Assembly: GCA_002477545.1 (NCBI GenBank)
Contig: DLQJ01000007.1
Location: forward strand, 87,188 to 151,187
DNA from: Patescibacteria group bacterium UBA7435
GTDB lineage: Bacteria > Patescibacteriota > Minisyncoccia > Phycocordibacterales > UBA918
Direction: 5' to 3'
DNA length: 64,000 nucleotides
In this document: positions 37,399 through 47,266 of the stretch, piece by piece
Position numbering within the stretch: position 1 is the first letter of the stretch
How the letters are laid out: each line of letters starts with the position of its first letter
Made by a program: the position numbers and the translations under genes
Notes under the pieces: generated by a model
What the model was told of the DNA's origin: nothing
Seen by the model: only the letters and a program-made list of their open reading frames with translations
Database searches by the model: none

Positions 37399-37424
37399 AA
37401 AAGACACCCGAAGGGTGTTTTTTG
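37399..37424 (+). terminator. rho-independent terminator
   Basis: gacaccc-gaa-gggtgtt then TTTTGA. Confidence 0.65.
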
Positions 37425-37492
37425 ATAGTTACAGAATAAACTTGACACAATAATTAATAGTGTTATTGTACCTTTAGTACATGTTCTAACTT

Positions 37493-38488
37493 ATGGAGGT
37501 ACCTATGAAAGGTATAGCTTTACAAACACTAAACAGTTCCCTTCATGCCGTGTCTGAAGCAAACAATGCAAAGCCCTCAAATGAGGTTCCGGATCTCATT
37601 TGCCGCCTGCGACGGTGGCGCAGCGCTTCTGAATATGGCGAACTGATTGATCAAAAACTTCGTGAGGAGTATCATCGATTCCCTCTTGACGCATTCGCTG
37701 CATTCTCATTTGATGAACTATGCAAACTGAAATATTCGACCATTATGATGATGTCTCGAAGTGTCGATGAGTTGTTTGGCAACCCAAAGGAGGATGCCGA
37801 TTTCGCTGAACATGAGGTAGTCCGAAAAGTTGAAAACTCAATGTGGCGATACTCATTTGCCGGCGACAACTGGAATGAGGTGGTGGAAGCACACACAGCA
37901 ATTCGCAATTTTTCACTTGATTTTGGTTCTGAATTTGAGATTCGTCTGGATTATACAACGGGATGTAATCAGTTTGGTTACTCTCAATTCAGCCGAACAT
38001 TTCTCGATGGTGTGTTTGGTTTTCTGGTACACCATAAGGGTGTTCACGTGATGACTATTGGTTTTTCAGTCCTCGCAGACAGAAAAATTCTACTACAACA
38101 GGTACAGTTGAAGGAAAGGCTGGGGAATCGCTGGTTATACAAACTATCAAAACCACGTCTTGAACTTGTAGTGGGTGCATTCTTGCAGAGTTTCCCTAAG
38201 CATAAGGTATATCTGGTTGATGGTCGCTCACTACACTCAAAAACAATAGGCGACTACCGAGATGCACTGCATCGCACTGAAGAAAAACGTCGTCGTAGTC
38301 CGCATGACAAGGATTACGTGGAAGAATGTCGTCTACTGAATGAATGTCTTTCCCATTTAAGTGAATCAAAGGAGCGAATAACGCGTTTCTATGCGGACGC
38401 AGGCCGGTTCCATCTTGGAGAGATGCTTGAGTCAATTGCTGGGCTACGGTACTATAAAATCGAAAACAACGTAGCAATAGCTGCCTAA
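37493..38488 (+). CDS. hypothetical protein (331 aa)
   Basis: ORF with a TTGACA-type promoter upstream; no recognisable motif. Confidence 0.5.
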   Translation: MEVPMKGIALQTLNSSLHAVSEANNAKPSNEVPDLICRLRRWRSASEYGELIDQKLREEYHRFPLDAFAAFSFDELCKLKYSTIMMMSRSVDELFGNPKEDADFAEHEVVRKVENSMWRYSFAGDNWNEVVEAHTAIRNFSLDFGSEFEIRLDYTTGCNQFGYSQFSRTFLDGVFGFLVHHKGVHVMTIGFSVLADRKILLQQVQLKERLGNRWLYKLSKPRLELVVGAFLQSFPKHKVYLVDGRSLHSKTIGDYRDALHRTEEKRRRSPHDKDYVEECRLLNECLSHLSESKERITRFYADAGRFHLGEMLESIAGLRYYKIENNVAIAA

Positions 38489-38563
38489 GCAACTAAAACC
38501 GTTCATACTATGGGCGGTTTTTTTGATGATATACTAAAATCATAATAACTAACAAGTAACGAT

Positions 38564-38947
38564 ATGGAAGAAATTATCGCAAACGTCAACTGGATTGCAG
38601 TTGTTGTAGGTGCCGTGGTCTCCTTCGCACTTGGATGGCTGTGGTACTCTCCAAAAATGTTTGGAGAAAAATGGTTGCACGGTATCGGTATCTCATTTGA
38701 TGATCAAACATCAATGATGCCGGCAATGATCACCCAAATAGTAGGAACATTTCTCTTTGCATGGGTTATTGGATTAACGGCCACAACTGATTCATTACTC
38801 ACGGCAATACTTATCACGCTCACTATTGCAGTGCTTATTAAGGCAAATGGCTTATTTAGCAAAAAAAGTCACTATGCAATTAAGGTTGAGGTTGGATTTA
38901 TTATTGTTATGGCAATTATTATGATCGCGACACACGCAGTCATTTAA
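38564..38947 (+). CDS. membrane protein (4 TM), DUF-type
   Basis: 127-aa hydrophobic ORF. Confidence 0.5.
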   Translation: MEEIIANVNWIAVVVGAVVSFALGWLWYSPKMFGEKWLHGIGISFDDQTSMMPAMITQIVGTFLFAWVIGLTATTDSLLTAILITLTIAVLIKANGLFSKKSHYAIKVEVGFIIVMAIIMIATHAVI

Positions 38948-38955
38948 TAATTTCA

Positions 38956-38998
38956 TATATGACAAAAAGAACGCCTTTGGCGTTCTTTTTGTCATATA
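38956..38998 (+). terminator. strong hairpin terminator
   Basis: 20-bp perfect stem tatatgacaaaaagaacgcc-ttt-ggcgttctttttgtcatata. Confidence 0.8.
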
Positions 38999-39028
38999 TA
39001 GAGAAACACTAGATGCTATACTGAAATT

Positions 39029-39541
39029 ATGAACACACTATGGAATTCAGTAACAAAACTATCCCAAATACTTGCGATAGTTTTAGGACTCTGTATTTTT
39101 GCACTTGGTTTCTATCTGGGACAACAATCAAACAAAGTTGTTGAATCAGAAATTGAAGGTGCTTTATACAATGCACAAATTGATGAGCTGGAGAACCAAT
39201 ACGTTGGGAAAATCACTACACTTAAGGAACGTGCTGATGCACCAACCGAATATCCAGAAACGTCTTCAGAAAGTACCGGCACCATTGCGGTCTCTGCATC
39301 AAATACAACGAGCGTTGCAGTCACAATTATCGGTGAAAATCAAACCAACCCTGCAGAACTTGTTGCAACGGTAGTACATGGAACAGTGACCGAAATTCAT
39401 ATTATCAGCGGAGGATCTGGTTACACACAGAAACCAACGCTTGAAATACCCGGTCTTGGAATACTCGGTGCTGACATCACTCTTTTATCATCCGGAGATG
39501 CTGACCTAGACGGATCGATTGAAAGCGTTACGCTAAAGTAA
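39029..39541 (+). CDS. membrane-anchored hypothetical protein
   Basis: N-terminal TM, coiled coil, Thr/Ser-rich beta segment. Confidence 0.5.
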   Translation: MNTLWNSVTKLSQILAIVLGLCIFALGFYLGQQSNKVVESEIEGALYNAQIDELENQYVGKITTLKERADAPTEYPETSSESTGTIAVSASNTTSVAVTIIGENQTNPAELVATVVHGTVTEIHIISGGSGYTQKPTLEIPGLGILGADITLLSSGDADLDGSIESVTLK

Positions 39542-39959
39542 CTACTTCTCTTCCCCATCCGGTGGTACTCCACATCCTCTCGTGTACATAATACAGTGAT
39601 AGTTTCGTCACTACTTCAACACTTCCAATGGAAGCAGCTATTCCTACATCACCGGTAACAATGATTGCCAATGTCATAGTGTCTAATGCACCCAGCAAAC
39701 GCCATGTTATCGCTTTAAATGCACCGGTGCTCCACAACGGTACCTTAGGAGCCTTCTTCTGCCATATCCGTGGGATACGCACCCAAGCTCGTTCGTGTAC
39801 GTAATAGAGCGCTGATTTAGTAATCAACTCAAGTGAAGCAATGGTAAGTGCAGCAGTAATACTTCCAGTAAAAATCCATGAGAGCAGCAACGTGTCGGTG
39901 CTTGCGATACATCGCCACGTAATTCCTTTTAGGAGACTTCGTCTTTTCGTGTCTTGCAT
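39528..39959 (-). CDS. DUF2061-like membrane protein (internal tandem duplication)
   Basis: Two repeats of K.ITWR....DT..L....TG....A...S.E...K..LYYVHER.W. Confidence 0.55.
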   Translation of the reverse strand: MQDTKRRSLLKGITWRCIASTDTLLLSWIFTGSITAALTIASLELITKSALYYVHERAWVRIPRIWQKKAPKVPLWSTGAFKAITWRLLGALDTMTLAIIVTGDVGIAASIGSVEVVTKLSLYYVHERMWSTTGWGREVVTLA

Positions 39960-40018
39960 AGAGATTTACTGAAAGTAGTAAGGCTCCATAGTACCATGAT
40001 GAAGTCATTTCAATTTAT

Positions 40019-40051
40019 TAAAAACCGTCGGATTTCTCCGACGATTTTTCT
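40019..40051. terminator. bidirectional terminator
   Basis: aaaaac-cgtcgga-tttc-tccgacg-atttttc. Confidence 0.7.
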
Positions 40052-40061
40052 TTCATTCTAC

Positions 40062-42095
40062 CTACAGCCCACTTTGCCCTGCCGGGAATGATGTCGTTGG
40101 TGGACCAACTCGAATCATCTGTCCATCTTCATGATCTTCTGTAGGTTCAACGTAGTTAGGATCTTGCACGATTCGAATCTCAACCTCACCTACCTTACCA
40201 AACCCACAACCATTGGGAGCCGGGTCAGGCGTTGGATAACCCATAGTATTAACTGCAGCACCAGCACCGGGATGATAATGATCACCGTCACAGTTTGGTG
40301 CGTGCCCCGTAACAACGTCAAGATTACCCAAGGGAATTTCATAATCCATATACATCAACACTTGAATCTCTCCAGGTAATAATGAGATATAATCTTCTTC
40401 TTTAGTAATAGATAGACAAATGTTTCGTCCATCCTCGCCGTCTTTACCATCGTCTGCACCACCTTGGCCGCCTTTACCTCCCTTTCCTTCAGTACATCCA
40501 TCACCCCCGTTTCCACCATTTCCTCCATCATCTCCAATTATCCCACCGTCGGGAGCACGTCCATTTTTACCAAAGCCACCTTTACCGTCTTTACCATTAC
40601 TATCACCACCTTTGCCTCCATCGCCACCTTTTGCAGTCTCGTCACACGACCCACCGGTACCTCCAATTCCACCATAGGAATCAACTAACCCTCCAGCACC
40701 ACCAATATCATTAGCCACATCCATTCGTCGTGCACCGCCGGAAACAGTCAGCCTAGCGTCTCCACCGTCGCCACCTTTAGCTACAGCTTTACCACCAGGT
40801 CCACCAGCAACACCACACGTATCAGCGTCACCACCAGCACCCCCTTCAGCTATGGCTGTACCACCAAGTCCACCAACTGCGTCACCAAACTGTACATTAC
40901 TAGTACCTGCAACTGTTCCACTTACCGTTAACTTCTTTTTATTATCTGAACCTTCTCCTCCTGTTGCGTTTGCGTCACCTCCTTTTTCGCTAGGTTCACC
41001 AACTTTTCCTTTAGCGGTTGCACTCCCTCCTGCCCCTCCCCATCCTGGATGAATAATAAATGCACCCGTGATAGAGAAATTCTGACTTCCGACCATCCGG
41101 AAGTTTCCAGGTTTTCCACCTTTACCACCCTTAGCTTTCGCATCATCACACCCATCACCTGTAACTGCCTCACCCCCCTCTCCACCATCACCAAGAATCA
41201 GTGTAAAGTTGTTAACCTCTAGGTTCGGTGCAAAGGCGTTAAATCGAAATGCATCTTCACCGTCTTTTCCTATTACATCACATGAACCAGTATCAGCATC
41301 TCCAGCACGTCCCTTCGGACCTTCTAATTCAAAGTCTTGCACGATTACCTCAGGAGTATTTGGAAAATCAAAAACTACTATTCGACGTGATCCCTGTGGT
41401 GGTGTATCAACTTTAATTTTCCCGCTGACCCGGATCGGTTCGCCAGTAAGATTTACCGTGGTTGTACCATTATCTACCTGAGCATGCGCCACATTCACAA
41501 ATGGGAACATCCAAGATACCGCTTCATTAGTACTGGGATCATCAGCTTCCTCCGGAATAGTGTCAGATGAGCCATCATCAGCCAACAACGGCCCCACTGA
41601 AACACCAGTATCTGATACTGTCTCTGTTTGATCATACAAAGCATCTAATTCTTCATTGGAACGTACAGATGAAAGACTATCGACAATCTGTACATTACCC
41701 GTAGCAATAATTTCTGCGTCCGGCGCCATAGTAAGTCCGCCAGTAGCCACAATAGTCACATCTCCACCTTCTTCAGACTCGCATACAACCAGATCATTGA
41801 TAGTGAGTGCTCCGCTTGTGACCACCGTGAGTGACCCATCACGACAACCAAGCGCACCATCAATAATAAGGTCAGCTTGACTGGTTAACTGTGCACCGCC
41901 AATTAGCACAGTAGCTTCCCCGGCAATAATCGTTGTATCTACAGTTAACTCGGCATCAGCTGCATACACCACTGTTTCAGTATATGCAGTAAGCGCCAGT
42001 TCTTTGACCTCTTCTGATTTCTTATTAAAAGATAAATACCCACCTAATAACACCAAAAGTGCTATTACAACAAAAAGAATATGTTTAAGATTCAT
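40062..42095 (-). CDS. large glycine-rich repeat surface protein (beta-helix-like N-terminal region plus GGxGG repeat region)
   Basis: Start at MNLKHILFVVIALLVLLGG (signal/anchor). About 300 aa of GG[A/D/K/N/T]GG repeats, then a Cys-containing C-terminal domain. Confidence 0.65.
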   Translation of the reverse strand: MNLKHILFVVIALLVLLGGYLSFNKKSEEVKELALTAYTETVVYAADAELTVDTTIIAGEATVLIGGAQLTSQADLIIDGALGCRDGSLTVVTSGALTINDLVVCESEEGGDVTIVATGGLTMAPDAEIIATGNVQIVDSLSSVRSNEELDALYDQTETVSDTGVSVGPLLADDGSSDTIPEEADDPSTNEAVSWMFPFVNVAHAQVDNGTTTVNLTGEPIRVSGKIKVDTPPQGSRRIVVFDFPNTPEVIVQDFELEGPKGRAGDADTGSCDVIGKDGEDAFRFNAFAPNLEVNNFTLILGDGGEGGEAVTGDGCDDAKAKGGKGGKPGNFRMVGSQNFSITGAFIIHPGWGGAGGSATAKGKVGEPSEKGGDANATGGEGSDNKKKLTVSGTVAGTSNVQFGDAVGGLGGTAIAEGGAGGDADTCGVAGGPGGKAVAKGGDGGDARLTVSGGARRMDVANDIGGAGGLVDSYGGIGGTGGSCDETAKGGDGGKGGDSNGKDGKGGFGKNGRAPDGGIIGDDGGNGGNGGDGCTEGKGGKGGQGGADDGKDGEDGRNICLSITKEEDYISLLPGEIQVLMYMDYEIPLGNLDVVTGHAPNCDGDHYHPGAGAAVNTMGYPTPDPAPNGCGFGKVGEVEIRIVQDPNYVEPTEDHEDGQMIRVGPPTTSFPAGQSGL

Positions 42096-42188
42096 ACGTA
42101 CACGAATGTTAACAAGTAATAGTCTTACCCTACTCCTCAGACAGCATATTGGCAATGGTGACAGAATACTTGGTATACTGTATTTATT

Positions 42189-42509
42189 ATGGCTGGTTTA
42201 TTTTCTCAACGTGTCACCGAATTAGCACTTTCTATTCCCGAAGGCAGGATCACTACATACGGTGCCCTAGCTAAAGCTGCCGGAGGTGGAGGTCAGGCTG
42301 CGCGGAGTGTGAGCAGTATTCTCAGCAAGTATCCAAACCAAGGCGTTATTCCATGGCACCGTATTGTATACGCAGGAGGGAAAGTGTGGATCACTCCAGA
42401 ACGTGAAGCGCGAAGAAAAGAACTCTATGAGCTGGAGGGTATTTTCATAAACGAAAAAGGCATTATTCAAAATTTTGAAGATGTCTTTTACGATTGCACT
42501 GGTGACTAA
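42189..42509 (+). CDS. alkyltransferase-like protein (ATL; MGMT fold lacking the acceptor Cys)
   Basis: 106 aa; HTH of the MGMT DNA-binding domain; motif IPWHRIV with Trp in place of Cys in PCHRV. Confidence 0.75.
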   Translation: MAGLFSQRVTELALSIPEGRITTYGALAKAAGGGGQAARSVSSILSKYPNQGVIPWHRIVYAGGKVWITPEREARRKELYELEGIFINEKGIIQNFEDVFYDCTGD

Positions 42510-42524
42510 GTTAAGAGTTTGGTG

Positions 42525-43733
42525 TTATCCTGGCACACAGGCTAATGCACTACTATTCGGAGGCATTTTGCACGTACCAGAGAGCGTCCCCTGTGGCGTG
42601 GTAACTGTGCAGCTGCTATTTGATGATTTACCAGAACATGCAGTAATTGCTTCAGCTGGAGGTCCGTCGTTGCTTGAGGAACCAGTCTGTCCTTCTGGCG
42701 CAAGAGCTGAACCGCCTGCTTGTCCGCCAGTATCAGGACCTTTCTGGAAAGTGCTATCAAGCGTACCGTGTACGCACCGTGTAATACGTGGGAACGAGTC
42801 AGTCATAATATATACGTATTCCCCATCGATGTATGTCCCATTACACTCATCAAGATTACCCAACCCTTTCACATATTCATAATCTTGAGTATATTTTCCA
42901 TCATATACTCCTCCGGGCCCACTTGGTCGAGTTCCGGACTTAACCTGATAGCTCGCACTATACGCATTGGATTGCGAGTAGTACATCGGGAACCCATCAG
43001 CAGCCCACGCGAGATGAATCATGTCTCCCGACTGATCGGTAAGTGCCGTCTCGAGTAGACCTTCAGGTGTTGCGTGATAATGATAGGTACCACCTGGTTG
43101 CACGTGCGCATTTGACCAGTCGATACCAAGCCCTGCAACTCCGTTATAGAAAGCTTCTTCATTCCAGCCTGAAGTTCGGTCGTTGTTGTAGAATTCTCCT
43201 GTTCCAGCCTCAAGCGGAATTCCATTAAGTGCTACTCCTGCAAGTTGTGCATTGGTGACTGTTGATTTGTACACTGGTACCATTGGCACCTTATAGTCAT
43301 GATCTTGGGCACTTATTGCATTAGGATTGCCACTATTAGGAAATGTGCCTGGCTCATGTTCTGGAATACCGTCTGAGGTAATGTACCGATAGATGCCATC
43401 AGTAGTAATAACTGCAGACCCATATCCACCATTTTTTATAAACAATGAAGGAGTAACTGCCGGTTCTGGAACGACATCTTGAATATCTTCAGCTTGTACC
43501 TCAGGTGTCGTTTCATTTGGTGTTGATTGAGTAGTTACCTCCTGTTGCAACACCCTATCTTTCACAGCGATATACTCACTATGAGGATGTTCATGTGTAT
43601 CCTCATAATCTTCATGCACAGCTTGATGATCATAGGCATCTTCATTTTTTTCAGCAATTAGTTCGTAATAAGCGAGTGCCCCGACTGCTCCAATAAGAAG
43701 TACGAGAATATACACAAGAATTTTTGTAATCAT
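42525..43733 (-). CDS. YHYH-motif secreted protein
   Basis: N-terminal TM/signal; GTYHYHATPEG motif. Confidence 0.65.
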   Translation of the reverse strand: MITKILVYILVLLIGAVGALAYYELIAEKNEDAYDHQAVHEDYEDTHEHPHSEYIAVKDRVLQQEVTTQSTPNETTPEVQAEDIQDVVPEPAVTPSLFIKNGGYGSAVITTDGIYRYITSDGIPEHEPGTFPNSGNPNAISAQDHDYKVPMVPVYKSTVTNAQLAGVALNGIPLEAGTGEFYNNDRTSGWNEEAFYNGVAGLGIDWSNAHVQPGGTYHYHATPEGLLETALTDQSGDMIHLAWAADGFPMYYSQSNAYSASYQVKSGTRPSGPGGVYDGKYTQDYEYVKGLGNLDECNGTYIDGEYVYIMTDSFPRITRCVHGTLDSTFQKGPDTGGQAGGSALAPEGQTGSSSNDGPPAEAITACSGKSSNSSCTVTTPQGTLSGTCKMPPNSSALACVPG

Positions 43734-44021
43734 ATACAGGTAATAGTACCATTCCAGTCATCACAACATTGACATCCATGTATATATACTAGATACTGCT
43801 TTTGAAACAGAAGGAGAAACAGGCAGATGAAAACAACTAGTGTACCAACTGATGACGGCGTCGGGTATTGTATACACAAAGAAGAAAGAGGACATTCTCG
43901 GGCCACCCAGAGGTTCTTAAGTATTCTGTTTCTTTTCACTGTACCTTTATGTATATGTGCAGAGGAAATATACGAATATTTCAAGAAAAAGTAACTTAAA
44001 TAGGCTCACCACTTGGTGTGT

Positions 44022-45170
44022 CTATTCTTTTATTTCAAAATCTAGCGATTCATGCTGTACACCGTTTATCTGCAGAGTTAATCTATGCTTCCCTGGATAT
44101 AATGTAAATGTTGTTGCGTTAGCAAGCAAACGGTGATTCTTACTAATCTCGACACATTCCCCTTTTTGTATATCAATTTTCTTAAGTTTAAATACTTTTG
44201 GTTTTGTCTGCCCATTAGCCTTCACAAAATCAATCACGTAGTCAATCATCAGTTTTTCATTCTTTTGTGCCGTTACTGTAAACGAAAAAGTGAGGGGATC
44301 CCCGGGAACGATCTTCTTTGAGTCAGAACTTAAAGAAAATTGTTCTACTGTAATCTTAGGCTTTGTGTGATATCCCAATAATTCTAATGCCCCACTGTGA
44401 CCCTGCTTAAGTAATGTACGCAGCGAATGTCGAGTCATCCAATCAAGCTCCATTACATCTTGCTTTTCTTCCTTTTTCCACCGCAACAGTGTCTGGACAA
44501 CCAAATCTGATTCAATTTTTGCGATGTCGTTCATATGATTCGCAATCGATCGGGTGACGTATCGGGTACCATCCGCGTGGAGTGCATCGAGAAATGGCAA
44601 CGGTACGCTAACGGGAATATTCAAGCGCCCCGACCAAGGTAACAAGGGTCGTGTTCCTTCACTTACCAAACGTCGTACGTGATAGCTTGTGTGTCCTATC
44701 CATGATTCCAATTCTTGAAGTGTATCTTCTTCAAATGTATTGATAAAGTAACGAATAGAATCTTCCATCGAAAACCGCTGGGTAATCTCCTGCAGTGTTG
44801 CAAGTGAAGTGGCGACATTATTTTTCCGCAATCCATTACGCACAACATACTCTCCAAGTGGGGCAAATATAAAATCACCAAAATCGTCATCAGTTTTTGT
44901 CGGATCAAGAGGTGGTGGTAATGCTTTAATGATGATTTTGCTTGCTTTTTTAAAATCTTTTGGTAACTGTGCCTCAAGACCTTCGGTAATACATACAACC
45001 CTTTGCTTAAGTTCAAGTACAGGTAATGTAGTCATCACTTTTTCTACAAATATTTCAGCGTTAAAATTTACGTCTACCGCAGCAAAGCGATCCCCCAGTC
45101 CCCGAACTTTTTGTTCATTAAAAAGATGATCCTTGAGACTAAATCCCTTTCCGTTTGTATTACGAGCCAT
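44022..45170 (-). CDS. putative DNA alkylation repair protein (AlkC/AlkD-like HEAT repeats plus Ig-like C-terminal domain)
   Basis: Helical repeat architecture with a VRR-containing helix; beta-rich C-terminal ~110 aa; start at MARNT. Confidence 0.4.
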   Translation of the reverse strand: MARNTNGKGFSLKDHLFNEQKVRGLGDRFAAVDVNFNAEIFVEKVMTTLPVLELKQRVVCITEGLEAQLPKDFKKASKIIIKALPPPLDPTKTDDDFGDFIFAPLGEYVVRNGLRKNNVATSLATLQEITQRFSMEDSIRYFINTFEEDTLQELESWIGHTSYHVRRLVSEGTRPLLPWSGRLNIPVSVPLPFLDALHADGTRYVTRSIANHMNDIAKIESDLVVQTLLRWKKEEKQDVMELDWMTRHSLRTLLKQGHSGALELLGYHTKPKITVEQFSLSSDSKKIVPGDPLTFSFTVTAQKNEKLMIDYVIDFVKANGQTKPKVFKLKKIDIQKGECVEISKNHRLLANATTFTLYPGKHRLTLQINGVQHESLDFEIKE

Positions 45171-45282
45171 AATTACTACAGTATACAGAAATGTGTAAGA
45201 AATGTGATTCTCATGCGTCATAGATGTCGGCCAGAGAACATCTCTGGAAACAGTTCAACAACATCGACAAGGAATTTACGTA

Positions 45283-45750
45283 ATGACGAAGACTATTTTA
45301 GGTGCACTCTTGGTTTCCCTGCTGTGCATTTCTTCAGGAAAAGCACACGCTGAAGCTCAGTATGCACACCTCTATGCAGATCCAGACGCGCAAACTGCGT
45401 TTATGAAAGAAAAAATCCGCATAACGTTCCAAAAATATGGGGAGCGTGTCGTCCGGCAAGCTATACGCGTCGCTTCATGTGAAACAAGTGGCGTGCCAAA
45501 TGGACACATACTCCAATGGGATGCAAAGGGTAACCTTCTTCCAAACAAGAAAGGTGGACAAGCTCGGGCATCTTTTCAAGTAATGAGCAGACTACACAAA
45601 CCAGACTTTGACCGCAAAGGTCTCAAGATTGAAGTACTTGCTGATTACCTCGTTTTTGTTGAATATCTTTTCAACAGAAATAAAAATAGTTTTCAAGACT
45701 GGTACCCATCTAAACATTGCTGGCGCAACGTACAAGTTGCGCAAAAATAA
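45283..45750 (+). CDS. secreted hypothetical protein
   Basis: Signal peptide MTKTILGALLVSLLCISSGKAHA. Confidence 0.5.
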   Translation: MTKTILGALLVSLLCISSGKAHAEAQYAHLYADPDAQTAFMKEKIRITFQKYGERVVRQAIRVASCETSGVPNGHILQWDAKGNLLPNKKGGQARASFQVMSRLHKPDFDRKGLKIEVLADYLVFVEYLFNRNKNSFQDWYPSKHCWRNVQVAQK

Positions 45751-45753
45751 AAT

Positions 45754-45784
45754 AAAGGCGGCGAGAATTTCTCGTCGCCTTTTC
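45754..45784 (+). terminator. rho-independent terminator
   Basis: aggcggcgag-aattt-ctcgtcgcct then TTT. Confidence 0.65.
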
Positions 45785-45842
45785 CTGTTACCCTCCTCAA
45801 ACTGCTGAAAGACATATGGTACTATGCGCGTAGTAACATAAT

Positions 45843-47216
45843 ATGCATATCATCAAATCAAATGTCCTGGTGCTGGGAAGCGGTACTGCAGGAAGTAACG
45901 CGGCTCGTGCGGCTGTTAAAGCAGGAGCTGAAAAGGTAATAATTATACAACCTCGAGGTCTTATTAACACCTGTGTGGAGGAAGGTTGTATGCCCAGCAA
46001 GAGCATTCTTGCTGGAGCACACCAAAATCTCTCTTTAGAACAAGTGCTTAAGGATCGTGATGCTCATATTACTCGTCTGAAAAAGGCTTTAACTGACGGC
46101 TTGGAAAGCGAAGCATTTGAAATAGTTCTTGGTACTGCAGTATTCATTGATAATCATACTGTTGCAGTCACTGACCAAAAAAATGTACAACACTACACCG
46201 CAGACAGTATTATCATTGCAACAGGATCTCGTCCATTTGTTCCAGTAATCGAAGGACTTGATAGTATCGGAAGCTCTCTTCTAATAAGTGACGACGTTGT
46301 TTCAAACAAAGCGCAATTTACTGCAGTACCCAAAAAGGTACTCACTATTGGTGGCGGGCCTATCGGTCTTGAGCTTTCAACATTCTTTCACGATATGGGA
46401 TCGCAGGTACGCGTACTACAACGTAAAGCTGCACTTGGTCTGTTTGACCCAGAATTTGGGGATGAACGAGTGCGTGCATCAAAAGACTCCACAAGCTTCC
46501 CTATTGATCTTAATGCTAATTTAGTAAAAGTAGAAAAACACGATGGTGCGGTCTTTTGTCATATTCAATGTAATGAAGATATACGTGTTGAGCAATATGA
46601 TGCTGTCTTAGTGGCAACAGGACGGCGAGCGAACACGGACACATTGAACCTCGAAAAAACTGGTGTCTCATTGGATGCACGTGGAAATATTGAACACAAT
46701 GAACAAATGCAAACATCGGTTCCTTCTATATATATTGCAGGTGACGTAACAGGACATCACCAGATCCTTCACTTCGCTGCGGAGATGGGCAAGATCGCAG
46801 GATATAATGCAACAAATCCAGAAGATCCTATCAGCATGGACTACGATCGGCATATGCTTGCAGTTTCATTCGACCAATTCCCTTCAGCGTTAATTGGTTT
46901 AACCGAACAAGAAGCAATTAAACGTGGGATGGATGTCATAAGCGCGAGCAAGGAATTTAAAAGTATTGGTCTTGGAATTCTTAAGCGGCAGGAGTACGGT
47001 CTGTGGAAAGTAGTAGCCGACGCTAAGACGGGTGAAATTCTTGGTTCACAAATTCTTGGACCAGACAGTTCGGGTGAGCTTATCCAAATTCTGGTACCAA
47101 TTCTCGCAAATGCAAACACGTATGAAGATATTCTGCACATGACCTGGTATCACCCCACGTATGCAGAAATATTAAAATCAATCGCACGTGACCTTGAGAA
47201 GAAACACGTTACATAA
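45843..47216 (+). CDS. class I pyridine nucleotide-disulfide oxidoreductase (Lpd/Gor/MerA family)
   Basis: GSGTAG FAD motif; redox CVEEGC (CxxxxC); second Rossmann GGGPIG; dimerisation domain with HP. Confidence 0.8.
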   Translation: MHIIKSNVLVLGSGTAGSNAARAAVKAGAEKVIIIQPRGLINTCVEEGCMPSKSILAGAHQNLSLEQVLKDRDAHITRLKKALTDGLESEAFEIVLGTAVFIDNHTVAVTDQKNVQHYTADSIIIATGSRPFVPVIEGLDSIGSSLLISDDVVSNKAQFTAVPKKVLTIGGGPIGLELSTFFHDMGSQVRVLQRKAALGLFDPEFGDERVRASKDSTSFPIDLNANLVKVEKHDGAVFCHIQCNEDIRVEQYDAVLVATGRRANTDTLNLEKTGVSLDARGNIEHNEQMQTSVPSIYIAGDVTGHHQILHFAAEMGKIAGYNATNPEDPISMDYDRHMLAVSFDQFPSALIGLTEQEAIKRGMDVISASKEFKSIGLGILKRQEYGLWKVVADAKTGEILGSQILGPDSSGELIQILVPILANANTYEDILHMTWYHPTYAEILKSIARDLEKKHVT

Positions 47217-47249
47217 CAAAAGACCATGCGCATGCGCATGGTCTTTTGT
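47216..47249. terminator. bidirectional terminator
   Basis: aaaagaccatgcgcatgcgcatggtctttt. Confidence 0.8.
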
Positions 47250-47266
47250 TATAAACTCTTCCTATA

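Noticed and set aside
40420-41052. Pro-rich plus-strand ORFs (PSSPSLPSSAPPWPP...) opposite the Gly-rich protein gene
   Set aside because: GGN codons on the coding strand read as CCN (Pro) on the other strand. This is an artefact of the repeat.
40400-41300. Repetitive GGT/GGA-rich DNA that could be mistaken for a repeat array or CRISPR
   Set aside because: No regular spacer-repeat periodicity. It is in frame as a Gly-rich coding low-complexity region.
43730-43984. 84-aa minus-strand ORF between YHYH and the alkylation-repair-like gene
   Set aside because: It lies in a promoter or intergenic region with a Cys-rich odd composition, and no RBS.
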